64,000 bases of DNA, from the NCBI GenBank assembly GCA_018817715.1, contig JAHITT010000006.1, positions 75,147 through 139,146 of the forward strand. Direction: 5' to 3'. The translations under genes and the position numbers were made by a program. Positions 1-8,496 of the stretch are shown here, one piece after another. The notes below the pieces were generated by a model. It worked only from the letters and a program-made list of their open reading frames with translations. It did no database searches and had not been told where the DNA came from. Each line of letters begins with the position of its first letter. Within the stretch, counting starts at the first letter, position 1. Source of the stretch: Patescibacteria group bacterium. Lineage in GTDB: Bacteria > Patescibacteriota > Patescibacteriia > Veblenbacterales > UBA10138.

Positions 1-41
1 CCGTTGTATAGAATTGGAGTATGATAAAGTAAATAAATATT

Positions 42-728
42 ATGAATAAAACCAAACATCTTATAATTTATTCCCATGGCTTTGGCGTACAAAAAGATGA
101 ACGGGGAATGTTTACAGAACTAGCCCAAGTTTTGCCTGAAGCGGAACATATAATGTTTGATTATAATCTGGTAAACAAAGCCCAAAATACGCTTACCTTA
201 AGCCCTTTGGATAAACAGGTAGAAATACTAGCCAAGACCCTAAAACAAGCCCTAAACAGCCATTTAGGGGCTAATATAAGCCTGATAGCGCATTCCCAAG
301 GCTGTTTAGTGGCGGCTATGCTTAAACCTATGGGTCTAAGCCAGGCTATTTTTTTAAATCCACCTTTTACTCTGGATGATCAAAGAACTATTAGTAATTT
401 TAAAAACCGCCCGGGCTGTGTAATTGATATGGAAGGTGTATCTAAATTTCCCAGGCTAGACGGTACCACTACTTTGGTACCTAAGGAGTATTGGCAAAGT
501 CGGCAGGGTATAAACCCGGTTAATTTGTATAATGACTTTGTCAAACTAACGGACTTAGCAATTATTACCGCTAAAGATGATAAACCTGCTTCGGCCGTGC
601 CGCCCAAAGAACTGGATTCAAAAATAAAAGTGCTAACTCTGCCCGGCGGGCATAATTTTGACGGGGAGTACCGAGCTGAACTGTTAAAGACTGTTAAAAG
701 TATATTTCTTTCTCATAATGAAAAATAA
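42..728 (+). CDS. alpha/beta-fold serine hydrolase
   Basis: 228 aa ORF; SHGFG near N-terminus, nucleophile-elbow AHSQG, C-terminal GGHNF. Confidence 0.6.
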   Translation: MNKTKHLIIYSHGFGVQKDERGMFTELAQVLPEAEHIMFDYNLVNKAQNTLTLSPLDKQVEILAKTLKQALNSHLGANISLIAHSQGCLVAAMLKPMGLSQAIFLNPPFTLDDQRTISNFKNRPGCVIDMEGVSKFPRLDGTTTLVPKEYWQSRQGINPVNLYNDFVKLTDLAIITAKDDKPASAVPPKELDSKIKVLTLPGGHNFDGEYRAELLKTVKSIFLSHNEK

Positions 729-733
729 ATCCT

Positions 734-1282
734 ATGAAAAATTTATTAAAAGATATTATAATAGTGGATTTTGAAACTACCGGTTTTAATTTAGAAAAAG
801 ACGAAGCTGTGCAAATTGGTTTTATTGTTTTAGATAAAAATAATTTATCAGAAAAAGCCAGTTTTGTTTCCTGGATAAAACCCCAACAACCAATTAATCC
901 AGATATGCCGGGTTTTAAATGGGCAACATTAAGCCGAAACGATTTAGAAGAAATAAACAAGGCGCCTAGCCTTAAAGAAGTTGCTCAACAAATAACTAAA
1001 ATAATACCGGACAAATATACTCTATGCGCCTGGAATGCTAATTTTGATTGGCATTTTTGGAAAAACTTACTTAAAACCGTCAACATAGATATTAAACCAG
1101 GGGGCTTGCTAGATTTATGGGGTTCAGCTTATTTAAAATTATTAAACGATCCAAATTATCAAGGCGACTATAAATCGGAATCTGTTTTTCAATACTTTGG
1201 AGCTAAGCCCAGATTAAAACACGACGCTTTAGAAGACTGTCGTTTAGAAGCCATGGTTTTACAAAAACTATTAGACAAATAG
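734..1282 (+). CDS. DEDDh 3'-5' exonuclease (DnaQ/epsilon-like)
   Basis: ExoI VDFETTG, ExoII WNANFDWHFW, ExoIII HDALEDC. Confidence 0.7.
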   Translation: MKNLLKDIIIVDFETTGFNLEKDEAVQIGFIVLDKNNLSEKASFVSWIKPQQPINPDMPGFKWATLSRNDLEEINKAPSLKEVAQQITKIIPDKYTLCAWNANFDWHFWKNLLKTVNIDIKPGGLLDLWGSAYLKLLNDPNYQGDYKSESVFQYFGAKPRLKHDALEDCRLEAMVLQKLLDK

Positions 1283-1286
1283 AGTT

Positions 1287-1547
1287 ATGCTTAAAAAAAT
1301 TATTGGTCTTAATGTAATTGTTTTACTGTCAGCTATTGGTTATTATTTTTGGCATTTAAAAGAACTAACCAAATGGACTGGCATATTTTCTAAAACCGGC
1401 GGCGGGCCAGCTGAAGTGCAAGGTTTAAGTCTTCTGCTATACCAATATGAAGATGTTATAATAGCTGTACCAAATTTTATTATTTATTTTTTGGTAGTCG
1501 GACTTATTGTAAATATAATTATGTTAATTAAACTAAAGTATGAATAA
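1287..1547 (+). CDS. small membrane protein, unknown function
   Basis: 86 aa ORF with two hydrophobic segments; 8-nt overlap with the next gene. Confidence 0.4.
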   Translation: MLKKIIGLNVIVLLSAIGYYFWHLKELTKWTGIFSKTGGGPAEVQGLSLLLYQYEDVIIAVPNFIIYFLVVGLIVNIIMLIKLKYE

Positions 1548-1941
1548 ATTTTCTGCCGGCATACACGTTTTAGTTAATTGTAAAAATAAATATTTATTAC
1601 TAAAAAGAGGAAAAAAGGCCCGAGACGAACAAGGTTGTTGGGATTTTCCCGGCGGTGGAATTGAATTTGGTGAACAACCCTTAAAAACAGCTACCAGAGA
1701 AACCAAAGAAGAAACCGGTTTAAAAATAACCAACTTAAAACTAATAAATGTTTGGGCGGCTAAATGGCCGGGTAACTACTGGTCAGTTGAACTTTTAGCC
1801 AGCGCTAAAACTCACAGTCAAAAAGTCCGACTAAGCCCAGAACATAGTGAATTTAAATGGCTAACTATCTCTGAGTTAAAAAAAATCAACCCTCGTAGCG
1901 CCCATTTATTAAACTTTATTAAATATTTAAAAAGTAAATAA
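1540..1941 (+). CDS. NUDIX hydrolase
   Basis: Nudix box GGGIEFGEQPLKTATRETKEETGL. Confidence 0.8.
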   Translation: MNKFSAGIHVLVNCKNKYLLLKRGKKARDEQGCWDFPGGGIEFGEQPLKTATRETKEETGLKITNLKLINVWAAKWPGNYWSVELLASAKTHSQKVRLSPEHSEFKWLTISELKKINPRSAHLLNFIKYLKSK

Positions 1942-2532
1942 ATGTTACAAGCAGTTATTTTTGATTTAAACGGTGTTTTTATAATTAGCCCTAAGTTAAG
2001 CGATCGGGTACATAAAGATTTTGGCCTGACTACTCAAGAATTTTTACCAGCCTTATTCAGCATAATGGACCAAGTACGTAAACCTAAGGCTGGTCCGGCT
2101 TTTACCTATTGGCAACCTTATTTACAAAAATGGGGGATTAATTTAAACGAACCAGAGTTTTGGGATTACTGGTTTAAGGGTGAAGTACCTAACCAAGCTA
2201 TGATTAATCTGGCCAAAAAATTTAGGCAGCAAGGTCTAAAAATTATTATTTTATCCAATAATTTTAAAGAACGGGCTGAATTTTACCAATCTTACCCTTG
2301 GCTTAATGAAATAGCGGACAAAATTTATTTTTCCTGGCAAACTGGTTTAGTAAAGCCAGATATAAAAGCTTGGCAACTGGTTTTAACCGATAATAATCTT
2401 AAAGCCGAAAACTGCCTGTATTTTGACGACCAGGCTAAAAACTTAGCTGCGGCTGAGTCTTTAAATATACCTAATTTTGCTTTTACTAACGCCACCAATA
2501 CCAATAGCCTTATCCAGCAGTATTTAAAATAA
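1942..2532 (+). CDS. HAD-superfamily hydrolase
   Basis: Motif I VIFDLNGV, LSNN, C-terminal FDDQ; starts directly after the upstream stop codon. Confidence 0.7.
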   Translation: MLQAVIFDLNGVFIISPKLSDRVHKDFGLTTQEFLPALFSIMDQVRKPKAGPAFTYWQPYLQKWGINLNEPEFWDYWFKGEVPNQAMINLAKKFRQQGLKIIILSNNFKERAEFYQSYPWLNEIADKIYFSWQTGLVKPDIKAWQLVLTDNNLKAENCLYFDDQAKNLAAAESLNIPNFAFTNATNTNSLIQQYLK

Positions 2533-2577
2533 ATGCTATAATAAAAAGGTTAATAAACTAAAACTTAGTAAATAATC

Positions 2578-3168
2578 ATGTCTAAATTGTTTAACATTAC
2601 CAACATCATAATTCTTTTAGTAGTTTTAGGTGGGGGCTATGGGTTGTTTAAAGCTCTTACTTATACATCTATTAACGAGATTCAAACAGCTACTCTAGAC
2701 TTATCTAAACCTAGTGAGCCAGAAGCAACTGTAGAAGTAATGCCCGAATTCAACAATCCGTCAGACACGGCAACCATACAACCTCAACCGCAACAAACTC
2801 CGCCACCTATACCGCAAATCGGCGCTGACCAGCAACCAGCTAATCAACCACCAATAGATAATAAAGCTCCCACTAATACCGGGTCTTTAATAAGCCGGTG
2901 GCAAAACAACAGTGATGATAAATATCAAATTAATTACCGAGCTGATAACACAGTAGAAGAATTTTATAATAATGAGTCAAAAGGTACTGGCACTTGGGAA
3001 TATGTTAAACCCGAAGCAGGCCAAGCCGGGCCCAGTACGCAAATTCTGCGAGTAACTTTAAATGGCCAAATTTCTGATTATCAAATTATCAACCTATCTG
3101 CCAGCAACCTTTCCTATGTTAACAGCGCTAAAGGAGAAATTGTAAGCTTTAAACGCCTGCCAGAATAG
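2578..3168 (+). CDS. membrane-anchored protein with P/Q-rich linker, unknown function
   Basis: N-terminal TM helix, then a QPQPQQTPPPIPQ low-complexity tract and a globular C-terminus. Confidence 0.45.
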   Translation: MSKLFNITNIIILLVVLGGGYGLFKALTYTSINEIQTATLDLSKPSEPEATVEVMPEFNNPSDTATIQPQPQQTPPPIPQIGADQQPANQPPIDNKAPTNTGSLISRWQNNSDDKYQINYRADNTVEEFYNNESKGTGTWEYVKPEAGQAGPSTQILRVTLNGQISDYQIINLSASNLSYVNSAKGEIVSFKRLPE

Positions 3169-3182
3169 AATTAATAAATCTT

Positions 3183-3267
3183 AAATTCTAAATCCTAAAT
3201 CTCAAATAATACCCAAATCGCAATTGTTTTAAATTTTTAGGATTTAAGTTTTAGGATTTGAAAATTT
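3183..3267. repeat. imperfect inverted repeat built from AAATCCTAAA / TTTAGGATTT units
   Basis: aaattctaaatcctaaa at 3183-3199 faces tttaggattt at 3236-3245 and 3250-3259; intergenic, probably a terminator or structural hairpin. Confidence 0.5.
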
Positions 3268-3280
3268 ATTTTACTAATCT

Positions 3281-4039
3281 ATGTCCAAATATTACAACCC
3301 TAACCGCTCCAGTAAATACTGTTATAACCCTAAATCAGGCGAACCCTTTCGCTTAAGCCGCAGTAAGATTGATTTATTTTTAAATTGCCCGAGGTGCTTT
3401 TATTTAGACAGGCGCTTAGGCGTGGCTCAACCGCCTGGTTATCCCTTTGCTTTAAACTCGGCTGTGGATACTTTATTAAAAAAAGAATTCGACACTCACC
3501 GCCAAGCCCAAACTCCACATCCTTTAATGGTAGAAAACGGTATTAAAGCTGTACCATTTAACCACCCACAAATTGATACCTGGCGCGATAGTCTGCGCAG
3601 CGGCATAACTTTTTTACACCCGCCAACCAATTTACTAGTAACTGGCGGAGTAGACGATGTTTGGCTTAACGAGCAAGAAGAATTAATCATTGTAGATTAT
3701 AAAAGTACCAGCAAAGAACAAGAAGTAACCTTAGAAGCTGATTGGCAAATTGGTTACAAACGACAAATGGAAATATATCAATGGCTTTTTAGGCAAAACA
3801 ATTTTAAGGTAAACCCCACTGGCTATTTTGTTTATTGTAATGGCTTAACTGACCGCCCAGGTTTTAATGCCCGCCTGGATTTTGACATTAAAGTTTTGCC
3901 TTACCAGGGCGACGATTCTTGGGTAGAACAGGCTATTATCGATGCACACGAATGTTTAAATGCTAACAATCTGCCAGGTGCAGCCTTTGATTGTGATTAT
4001 TGCCGCTACCGGGAAGCAGTTGGGCCTCACGAAGTTTAA
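3281..4039 (+). CDS. PD-(D/E)XK nuclease, Cas4/RecB-like, with cysteine cluster
   Basis: GGVDDVW ... IVDYKST (D..D/ExK), QMEIYQWL (QxxxY), N-terminal CPRC plus C-terminal C-x13-CDYC. Confidence 0.65.
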   Translation: MSKYYNPNRSSKYCYNPKSGEPFRLSRSKIDLFLNCPRCFYLDRRLGVAQPPGYPFALNSAVDTLLKKEFDTHRQAQTPHPLMVENGIKAVPFNHPQIDTWRDSLRSGITFLHPPTNLLVTGGVDDVWLNEQEELIIVDYKSTSKEQEVTLEADWQIGYKRQMEIYQWLFRQNNFKVNPTGYFVYCNGLTDRPGFNARLDFDIKVLPYQGDDSWVEQAIIDAHECLNANNLPGAAFDCDYCRYREAVGPHEV

Positions 4040-4041
4040 TT

Positions 4042-4593
4042 ATGGCCAACAATATTATTTTTGTACCCGGAACTTTAACCCAAGGCCATTTATACGGCCC
4101 TTGGCCAGCAGTGGATATTTGGCTTAAACACAACCAAGCCACTTTAACCAACCCGCCTGACATAGTAATTGCTTACAGTTTAGGCGCCACTTGGGCAGTA
4201 ACCAATCTTAAAATCACTCCGGCTACCAAATTTATTTTAATTAATCCTTTATTAATAAAAAAACCTTGGCCTATTATTTTATTTAATTGGTTTAAGTATT
4301 TAAATCAAGAAGGTTTTAAAGAAAGTCAGTTTATTAAACAAGAGCATTGGTGGTCTAGTTTAAAGTTAGTTTTTAAATTAATTAAAATAGATTTATTACC
4401 CGAACTTATAAAAATTCCTAAAAGTAATTTACTTATTATAAAAGGGGAGGACGACAGCTTTTTTTGCGACCAAACAGTTAAAACTCTAGCTGAACGTTAT
4501 AATTTACCCCTTAAACTGGTTAAGGCTGGCCATAATTGGAATGCTAATATTTTTGAACAAGTGCAGGCGGCTATAAACAAACCATTTAACTAA
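4042..4593 (+). CDS. alpha/beta hydrolase-like protein
   Basis: ATG at 4042 preferred over the 4000 start, which overlaps the upstream gene; AYSLGA elbow-like motif; C-terminal GHNW. Confidence 0.45.
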   Translation: MANNIIFVPGTLTQGHLYGPWPAVDIWLKHNQATLTNPPDIVIAYSLGATWAVTNLKITPATKFILINPLLIKKPWPIILFNWFKYLNQEGFKESQFIKQEHWWSSLKLVFKLIKIDLLPELIKIPKSNLLIIKGEDDSFFCDQTVKTLAERYNLPLKLVKAGHNWNANIFEQVQAAINKPFN

Positions 4594-4630
4594 TTTTCTA
4601 CCACCACAATTCAATAACCACCAATTAATT

Positions 4631-4666
4631 AAACCTTCTAACATTCTCAAGAATGTTAGAAGGTTT
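4631..4666 (+). terminator. perfect 16-bp hairpin, terminator-like, no clear U-tract
   Basis: aaaccttctaacattc-tcaa-gaatgttagaaggttt. Confidence 0.5.
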
Positions 4667-4765
4667 ATAAGGATGAATTAGATTATTATTTATCTTTGAC
4701 GTTTAAGTTTAAAAATAGTAAGTTTAATTACCAGACTATTAATTTTTTGCAATTATTTTAGAGCT

Positions 4766-5296
4766 ATGACCAAAATAAAATATAAATTCTGTCCCGTGTG
4801 TGGCGGTTTATTTAAAAATATTTTAATACCTAAAGAAAATCGTAAAAGATTAACCTGCCAACAATGCAATTTTGTTTTTTATCAAAACCCTAAAACCACC
4901 GCTGGTGTAATTATTGTTAAAAACGGCCGAGTCCTGCTGGGTAAAAAAGCCAGTGGCCCTAAAAAAGGCCTTTGGAATATACCGGGTGGTTTTTTGGAAG
5001 CTGGGGAGCATCCTCTGCAAGGTGCTAAACGGGAAATTAAAGAAGAAACTAACCTTAATATTAGAATTATCAAACTGTTAGGTATTTTTAAAAGCCGTTA
5101 TTTTACTGGTGATCATTGTGTGAATATTTTTTATTTAGCCGAAATTATAAGTGGTCCAGCCAAAGCTGGCGATGATTTAAGCCAACTTAAATGGTTTAAA
5201 CCCAGTGAACTACCTAAAAAAATGGCTTTTAAGGATAATGTACAAGCGCTTCAGGCTTGGCTTAAGGAGGCCAAAAACCACCTGGCACTTAATTAA
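4766..5296 (+). CDS. NUDIX hydrolase with N-terminal zinc ribbon (NudC-like architecture)
   Basis: CPVC..x..CQQC ribbon followed by Nudix box GGFLEAGEHPLQGAKREIKEETNL. Confidence 0.8.
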   Translation: MTKIKYKFCPVCGGLFKNILIPKENRKRLTCQQCNFVFYQNPKTTAGVIIVKNGRVLLGKKASGPKKGLWNIPGGFLEAGEHPLQGAKREIKEETNLNIRIIKLLGIFKSRYFTGDHCVNIFYLAEIISGPAKAGDDLSQLKWFKPSELPKKMAFKDNVQALQAWLKEAKNHLALN

Positions 5297-5424
5297 GGCT
5301 AAGTACAGCTAATTAATTTTAGTCTAACTAAAATTTTTTTGTATTATCTTTGATAATTTAATATAATTAAATAAAGGTCTGCAATTTTAACCAAGTACCA
5401 CTTATTATTAATTTAAAAAAACAT

Positions 5425-5826
5425 ATGAACGGCTACATTTCTAACATAGAAAAAATAACCAAAGAAAATAAAAACTTTAGGCAGGTGCTTTACACGGGTA
5501 AACACAGCCAATTAGTGGTTATGCGGCTTAAACCCGGGGAAGATATAGGAGAAGAAATTCACACCCTAGACCAATTTATTAGAATAGAACAGGGTAGTGG
5601 ACAAGTTATCTTAAACGGCGTGGAATCGGAAATAAAAGAAGATTACGCTATTGTTATACCGGCCGGCGTTAAGCATAACGTGGTTAACAGCTCTTTAAGC
5701 GATGATATGAAGCTATACACGGTTTATTCGCCGCCAGAACATAAAGACGGCATTGTTCACCTAACCAAAAACCAGGCTCTAAACGATCTGGATGATCATT
5801 TTGACGGCAAAACCACAGAAAAATAA
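5425..5826 (+). CDS. cupin-domain protein
   Basis: GEEIHTLDQFIRIEQGSG ... VIPAGVKHNVVN two-motif cupin pattern. Confidence 0.7.
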   Translation: MNGYISNIEKITKENKNFRQVLYTGKHSQLVVMRLKPGEDIGEEIHTLDQFIRIEQGSGQVILNGVESEIKEDYAIVIPAGVKHNVVNSSLSDDMKLYTVYSPPEHKDGIVHLTKNQALNDLDDHFDGKTTEK

Positions 5827-6233
5827 TGAAAATAAACCATAGTTTAAAGCTAGCTACAATTTCATTAATAGGCGCAGCTTTAATACTTTTAAGCTTCTGC
5901 TCTGTTTTAATAGAGCCCAAAGAATCTGCAACGACTGGATTTATTAATTTGTCCAATAATTCAGAAAAATGTTGCGGAATATTGACGCAAACTCATTTTT
6001 TGCACGAACAAAACAGAGACTTAATTTTACCAATTGTTAAAAATAACAAGGCTTGGTTATTGCTGCAATTTTTATTAGCCGGTAGTTTAATATTTTTATT
6101 AAAATCTTTTTGGTTAAAAGACAAAAATTATAAATGCTCTCTGTTTTTAAAAAGGTATTATTCAGATTTGCCTTTTTATTGTTACTTAAAAATATTTCTT
6201 TCTCGGGGTTTATTGCATCCTAAAATTTTTTAA
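5826..6233 (+). CDS. hypothetical membrane protein
   Basis: ATGA overlap with the cupin stop; two hydrophobic segments; no recognisable motif. Confidence 0.35.
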   Translation: MKINHSLKLATISLIGAALILLSFCSVLIEPKESATTGFINLSNNSEKCCGILTQTHFLHEQNRDLILPIVKNNKAWLLLQFLLAGSLIFLLKSFWLKDKNYKCSLFLKRYYSDLPFYCYLKIFLSRGLLHPKIF

Positions 6234-6306
6234 CTTAAAATATTTTAAAAAATTCCCTAGATAAAAATAGGGCGTCTTTTAATTTTATTATTTTATTTTT
6301 TAAAAC

Positions 6307-7083
6307 ATGCATTTATTAAAAACTACCGAACAAACTAAAAATAATTTGTTCGAAAACATGCCACCTAAACTAAGTTTTATTTTCGGCTTAGTTAGTGGTT
6401 TAGCTGTTGTAGGTCTGCTGGGTTTATTATTAACCACCACCTATTTATTGACTAATAAAAACAAAACCGAAAAAATTACCAACTCTCCCAACCAACCAAC
6501 TGCTAATAATACCGATACCGTTGGTTTAAACCCGCCCCTACAACCAGTTAATATCACTGCTAAAGATACCGACTATATTCGAGGAAATAAAAATGCGGCT
6601 ATTACATTAATAGAATATTCAGATTTAGAATGCCCTTTTTGCCAACGGTTTCACCCTTCTATGCTCCAATTGTTACAAGAATACCCCGAACAAGTCCGTT
6701 GGATTTATCGACACTTTCCTTTATCTTTCCACGCCAATGCCCAAAAAGAAGCTGAGGCAGTTGAATGCGCGGGCAAACTTGGTGGCAATGACAAATTTTG
6801 GCTTTACCTTGATACCATATTCAACAGAACAACCTCCAACGGTACTGGTTTTGCTTTAGATAAACTCACCCCCTTAGCCGTAGAAATAGGCTTACCTAAA
6901 GACAAGTTTGAAACTTGTTTGGAAAGCGGAGAATTTGCTGGTAAAGTCCAAAACGATTTGCAAGAAGGCTCTAGTTTTGGCGTTTCTGGTACACCCACTA
7001 CTTTTGTTAATGGACAACCAGTGGAAGGGGCTGTTCCTTATGCTCAATTAAAACAAATAGTAGATTCTTTACTAGAACAATAA
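6307..7083 (+). CDS. DsbA-family thiol:disulfide oxidoreductase, membrane-anchored
   Basis: N-terminal TM helix; thioredoxin-fold active site CPFC; DsbA-like C-terminus GVSGTPTTFVNG. Confidence 0.8.
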   Translation: MHLLKTTEQTKNNLFENMPPKLSFIFGLVSGLAVVGLLGLLLTTTYLLTNKNKTEKITNSPNQPTANNTDTVGLNPPLQPVNITAKDTDYIRGNKNAAITLIEYSDLECPFCQRFHPSMLQLLQEYPEQVRWIYRHFPLSFHANAQKEAEAVECAGKLGGNDKFWLYLDTIFNRTTSNGTGFALDKLTPLAVEIGLPKDKFETCLESGEFAGKVQNDLQEGSSFGVSGTPTTFVNGQPVEGAVPYAQLKQIVDSLLEQ

Positions 7084-7596
7084 ATGACTAAATATAATTC
7101 AACTAAACAACTTAATCAAAAAATAAAAAATAGAAAAAAATTCGTCAAAAAAATTTCATTTCTTATTTTGTTTTTGTTGATAACCGGATTTATAACCTGG
7201 TTAATTCTACGATCATCGTACAATAAACCAAAAATTGATAATGGTTTAATATCTAAAAATGGACTTCATTGGCACGCTCAGTTAAGCATTAAAATAAACG
7301 GCCAGTTAGAAAAAATTCCGGCAGATGTGGGTTTAAAAACAATACATTTACCTATTCATACTCACGAAACCGACGGCACCATTCATCTGGAATTTTCCGG
7401 CTTAACAACTAAACAAGACACTCAATTGGGACAATTCTTTAACAATTGGGGAAAAGTTTTTAATAGCAACTGTATTTTTGATTATTGTACTGACAACAAC
7501 AAAAAACTCAGTCTATATGTTAACGGGCAACCTAATTGGGAATTTGACAAATATGAAATGAAAGACAATGATACACTAGAGATAGTGTTTGAATAA
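7084..7596 (+). CDS. membrane-anchored hypothetical protein
   Basis: Starts directly after the dsbA-like stop; N-terminal TM helix; His-rich HWHAQ..HTHETDGTIH segment. Confidence 0.45.
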   Translation: MTKYNSTKQLNQKIKNRKKFVKKISFLILFLLITGFITWLILRSSYNKPKIDNGLISKNGLHWHAQLSIKINGQLEKIPADVGLKTIHLPIHTHETDGTIHLEFSGLTTKQDTQLGQFFNNWGKVFNSNCIFDYCTDNNKKLSLYVNGQPNWEFDKYEMKDNDTLEIVFE

Positions 7597-7624
7597 TTAA
7601 TTCTTTATCTACTAATAAAATTTT

Positions 7625-7861
7625 ATGTGGAATTCCTATTGTGGTAATATTTTTGGCTGGGGGATGGCTGGTCCGGTTATTATGATAGTTTTTTGGCTGG
7701 CAGCTATTTTACTGTTTATTTGGCTGGTTAAACACTTTACCAAAAGTAACCACCAAGACAACAGTTCTACTAAAGCTGCGGCTATCTTAAAAGAGCGTTA
7801 TGCCAAGGGCGAAATAAGCCAGCAAGAATTTGAAGAAAAATTAAAAAACTTACAATCCTAA
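7625..7861 (+). CDS. SHOCT-domain small membrane protein
   Basis: TM helix followed by LKERYAKGEISQQEFEEKLKNL, a SHOCT-type C-terminus. Confidence 0.6.
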   Translation: MWNSYCGNIFGWGMAGPVIMIVFWLAAILLFIWLVKHFTKSNHQDNSSTKAAAILKERYAKGEISQQEFEEKLKNLQS

Positions 7862-7881
7862 ATTAATAAATAATCAAACTT

Positions 7882-8133
7882 ATGAAATTATCAATTAAAA
7901 AATCTACAAAAAATAAAATTAAATCAAATACTAACAAAGTTAAAGATGAAATTACCGAAGAGCTTCGCAAACTTGGCGATAAAATTATGATTATGACCAA
8001 AGAGGCCAAAGTTAAGTATGATCAGTCCGACGAGCAGACTAAGAAAAAAATTCTAACCGGCGTAATCGGCGCGGCTACTATTCTTTCCGGTATTATTGGT
8101 TATAAAGTAATTAAGGGCAAAAAAAGTAAATAA
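7882..8133 (+). CDS. hypothetical Lys-rich protein with C-terminal TM helix
   Basis: 83 aa ORF; no motif recognised. Confidence 0.35.
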   Translation: MKLSIKKSTKNKIKSNTNKVKDEITEELRKLGDKIMIMTKEAKVKYDQSDEQTKKKILTGVIGAATILSGIIGYKVIKGKKSK

Positions 8134-8160
8134 TTATAAGCTTTACTTATTAAATAGATT

Positions 8161-8169
8161 TGCTATATT
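8161..8169 (+). promoter_or_regulatory. extended -10-like element TGcTATATT
   Basis: Matches TGnTATAAT in 8 of 9 positions; lies 10 nt before the ATG at 8180. Confidence 0.35.
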
Positions 8170-8179
8170 CACTAATACT

Positions 8180-8230
8180 ATGTTGGCCAAGTGTTTAAAT
8201 AACGACAATAACGATAATAACCAGCCCTAA
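8180..8230 (+). other. 16-codon mini-ORF MLAKCLNNDNNDNNQP, possible leader peptide
   Basis: ATG 8180; codons 7-14 are AAT AAC GAC AAT AAC GAT AAT AAC; the TAA stop lies inside the 5' arm of the following hairpin; tRNA-Asn starts 84 nt after the stop. Confidence 0.2.
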
Positions 8231-8295
8231 GGACTTGGCCTGTTAGCTTGTATTCAAAAAAAACGCCAGTCCTTACCCAGGGCTGGTGGTTTTTT
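8221..8295 (+). terminator. long bulged hairpin plus T-run (intrinsic terminator-like)
   Basis: ccagccc/gggctgg, taaggact/agtcctta and ggc/gcc pairings give about 18 bp, followed by tggTTTTTT at 8290-8295. Confidence 0.55.
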
Positions 8296-8313
8296 ATAAC
8301 TTAATAATATTAT

Positions 8314-8388
8314 TCTGGGGTAGTTCAAAGGTAGAACGCTGCGCTGTTAACGCAGATGTTGAAGGTTCGAGTCCTTCCCCCAGAGCCA
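8314..8388 (+). tRNA. tRNA-Asn (anticodon GTT), CCA encoded
   Basis: Acceptor tctgggg/ccccaga; anticodon arm ctgcg-CTGTTAA-cgcag; T arm gaagg-ttcgagt-ccttc; 3' gCCA. Confidence 0.9.
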
Positions 8389-8422
8389 CGCTCAGCGTGG
8401 CTATACCCGCGCTTAGCGCGGG
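8385..8422 (+). repeat. two tandem GC-rich 7-bp triloop hairpins
   Basis: gccacgc-tca-gcgtggc (overlaps the tRNA CCA end) and cccgcgc-tta-gcgcggg. Confidence 0.6.
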
Positions 8423-8443
8423 AGCCATATAGATACGTTGAGC

Positions 8444-8480
8444 AAAAAAAATCACCCGGTGTACGCTAGGTGATTTTTTT
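8444..8480. terminator. bidirectional intrinsic terminator
   Basis: A-run, atcacc ... ggtgat stem, then T7 run. Confidence 0.6.
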
Positions 8481-8481
8481 A

Positions 8482-8490
8482 TGCTAAAAT
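8482..8490 (+). promoter_or_regulatory. extended -10-like element TGcTAAAAT
   Basis: Ends 6 nt before the ATG at 8497, implying a leaderless or near-leaderless mRNA. Confidence 0.4.
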
Positions 8491-8496
8491 TAATTT

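Noticed and set aside
3183-3267. The repeated AAATCCTAAA / TTTAGGATTT units might be a tiny CRISPR-like or tandem array.
   Set aside because: There are only two units per arm, arranged as an inverted repeat forming one long hairpin between two genes. There are no spacer-like unique segments and no cas genes.
4000-4041. Longer N-terminal extensions are offered by the ORF track: 4000 for the hydrolase, 16842 for the cyclophilin, 28655 for the M23 peptidase and the TTG at 63367 for dnaX.
   Set aside because: Each extension overlaps the preceding gene or precedes an obvious signal peptide or conserved N-terminus. The internal ATGs at 4042, 16899, 28688 and 63328 give the canonical protein starts.
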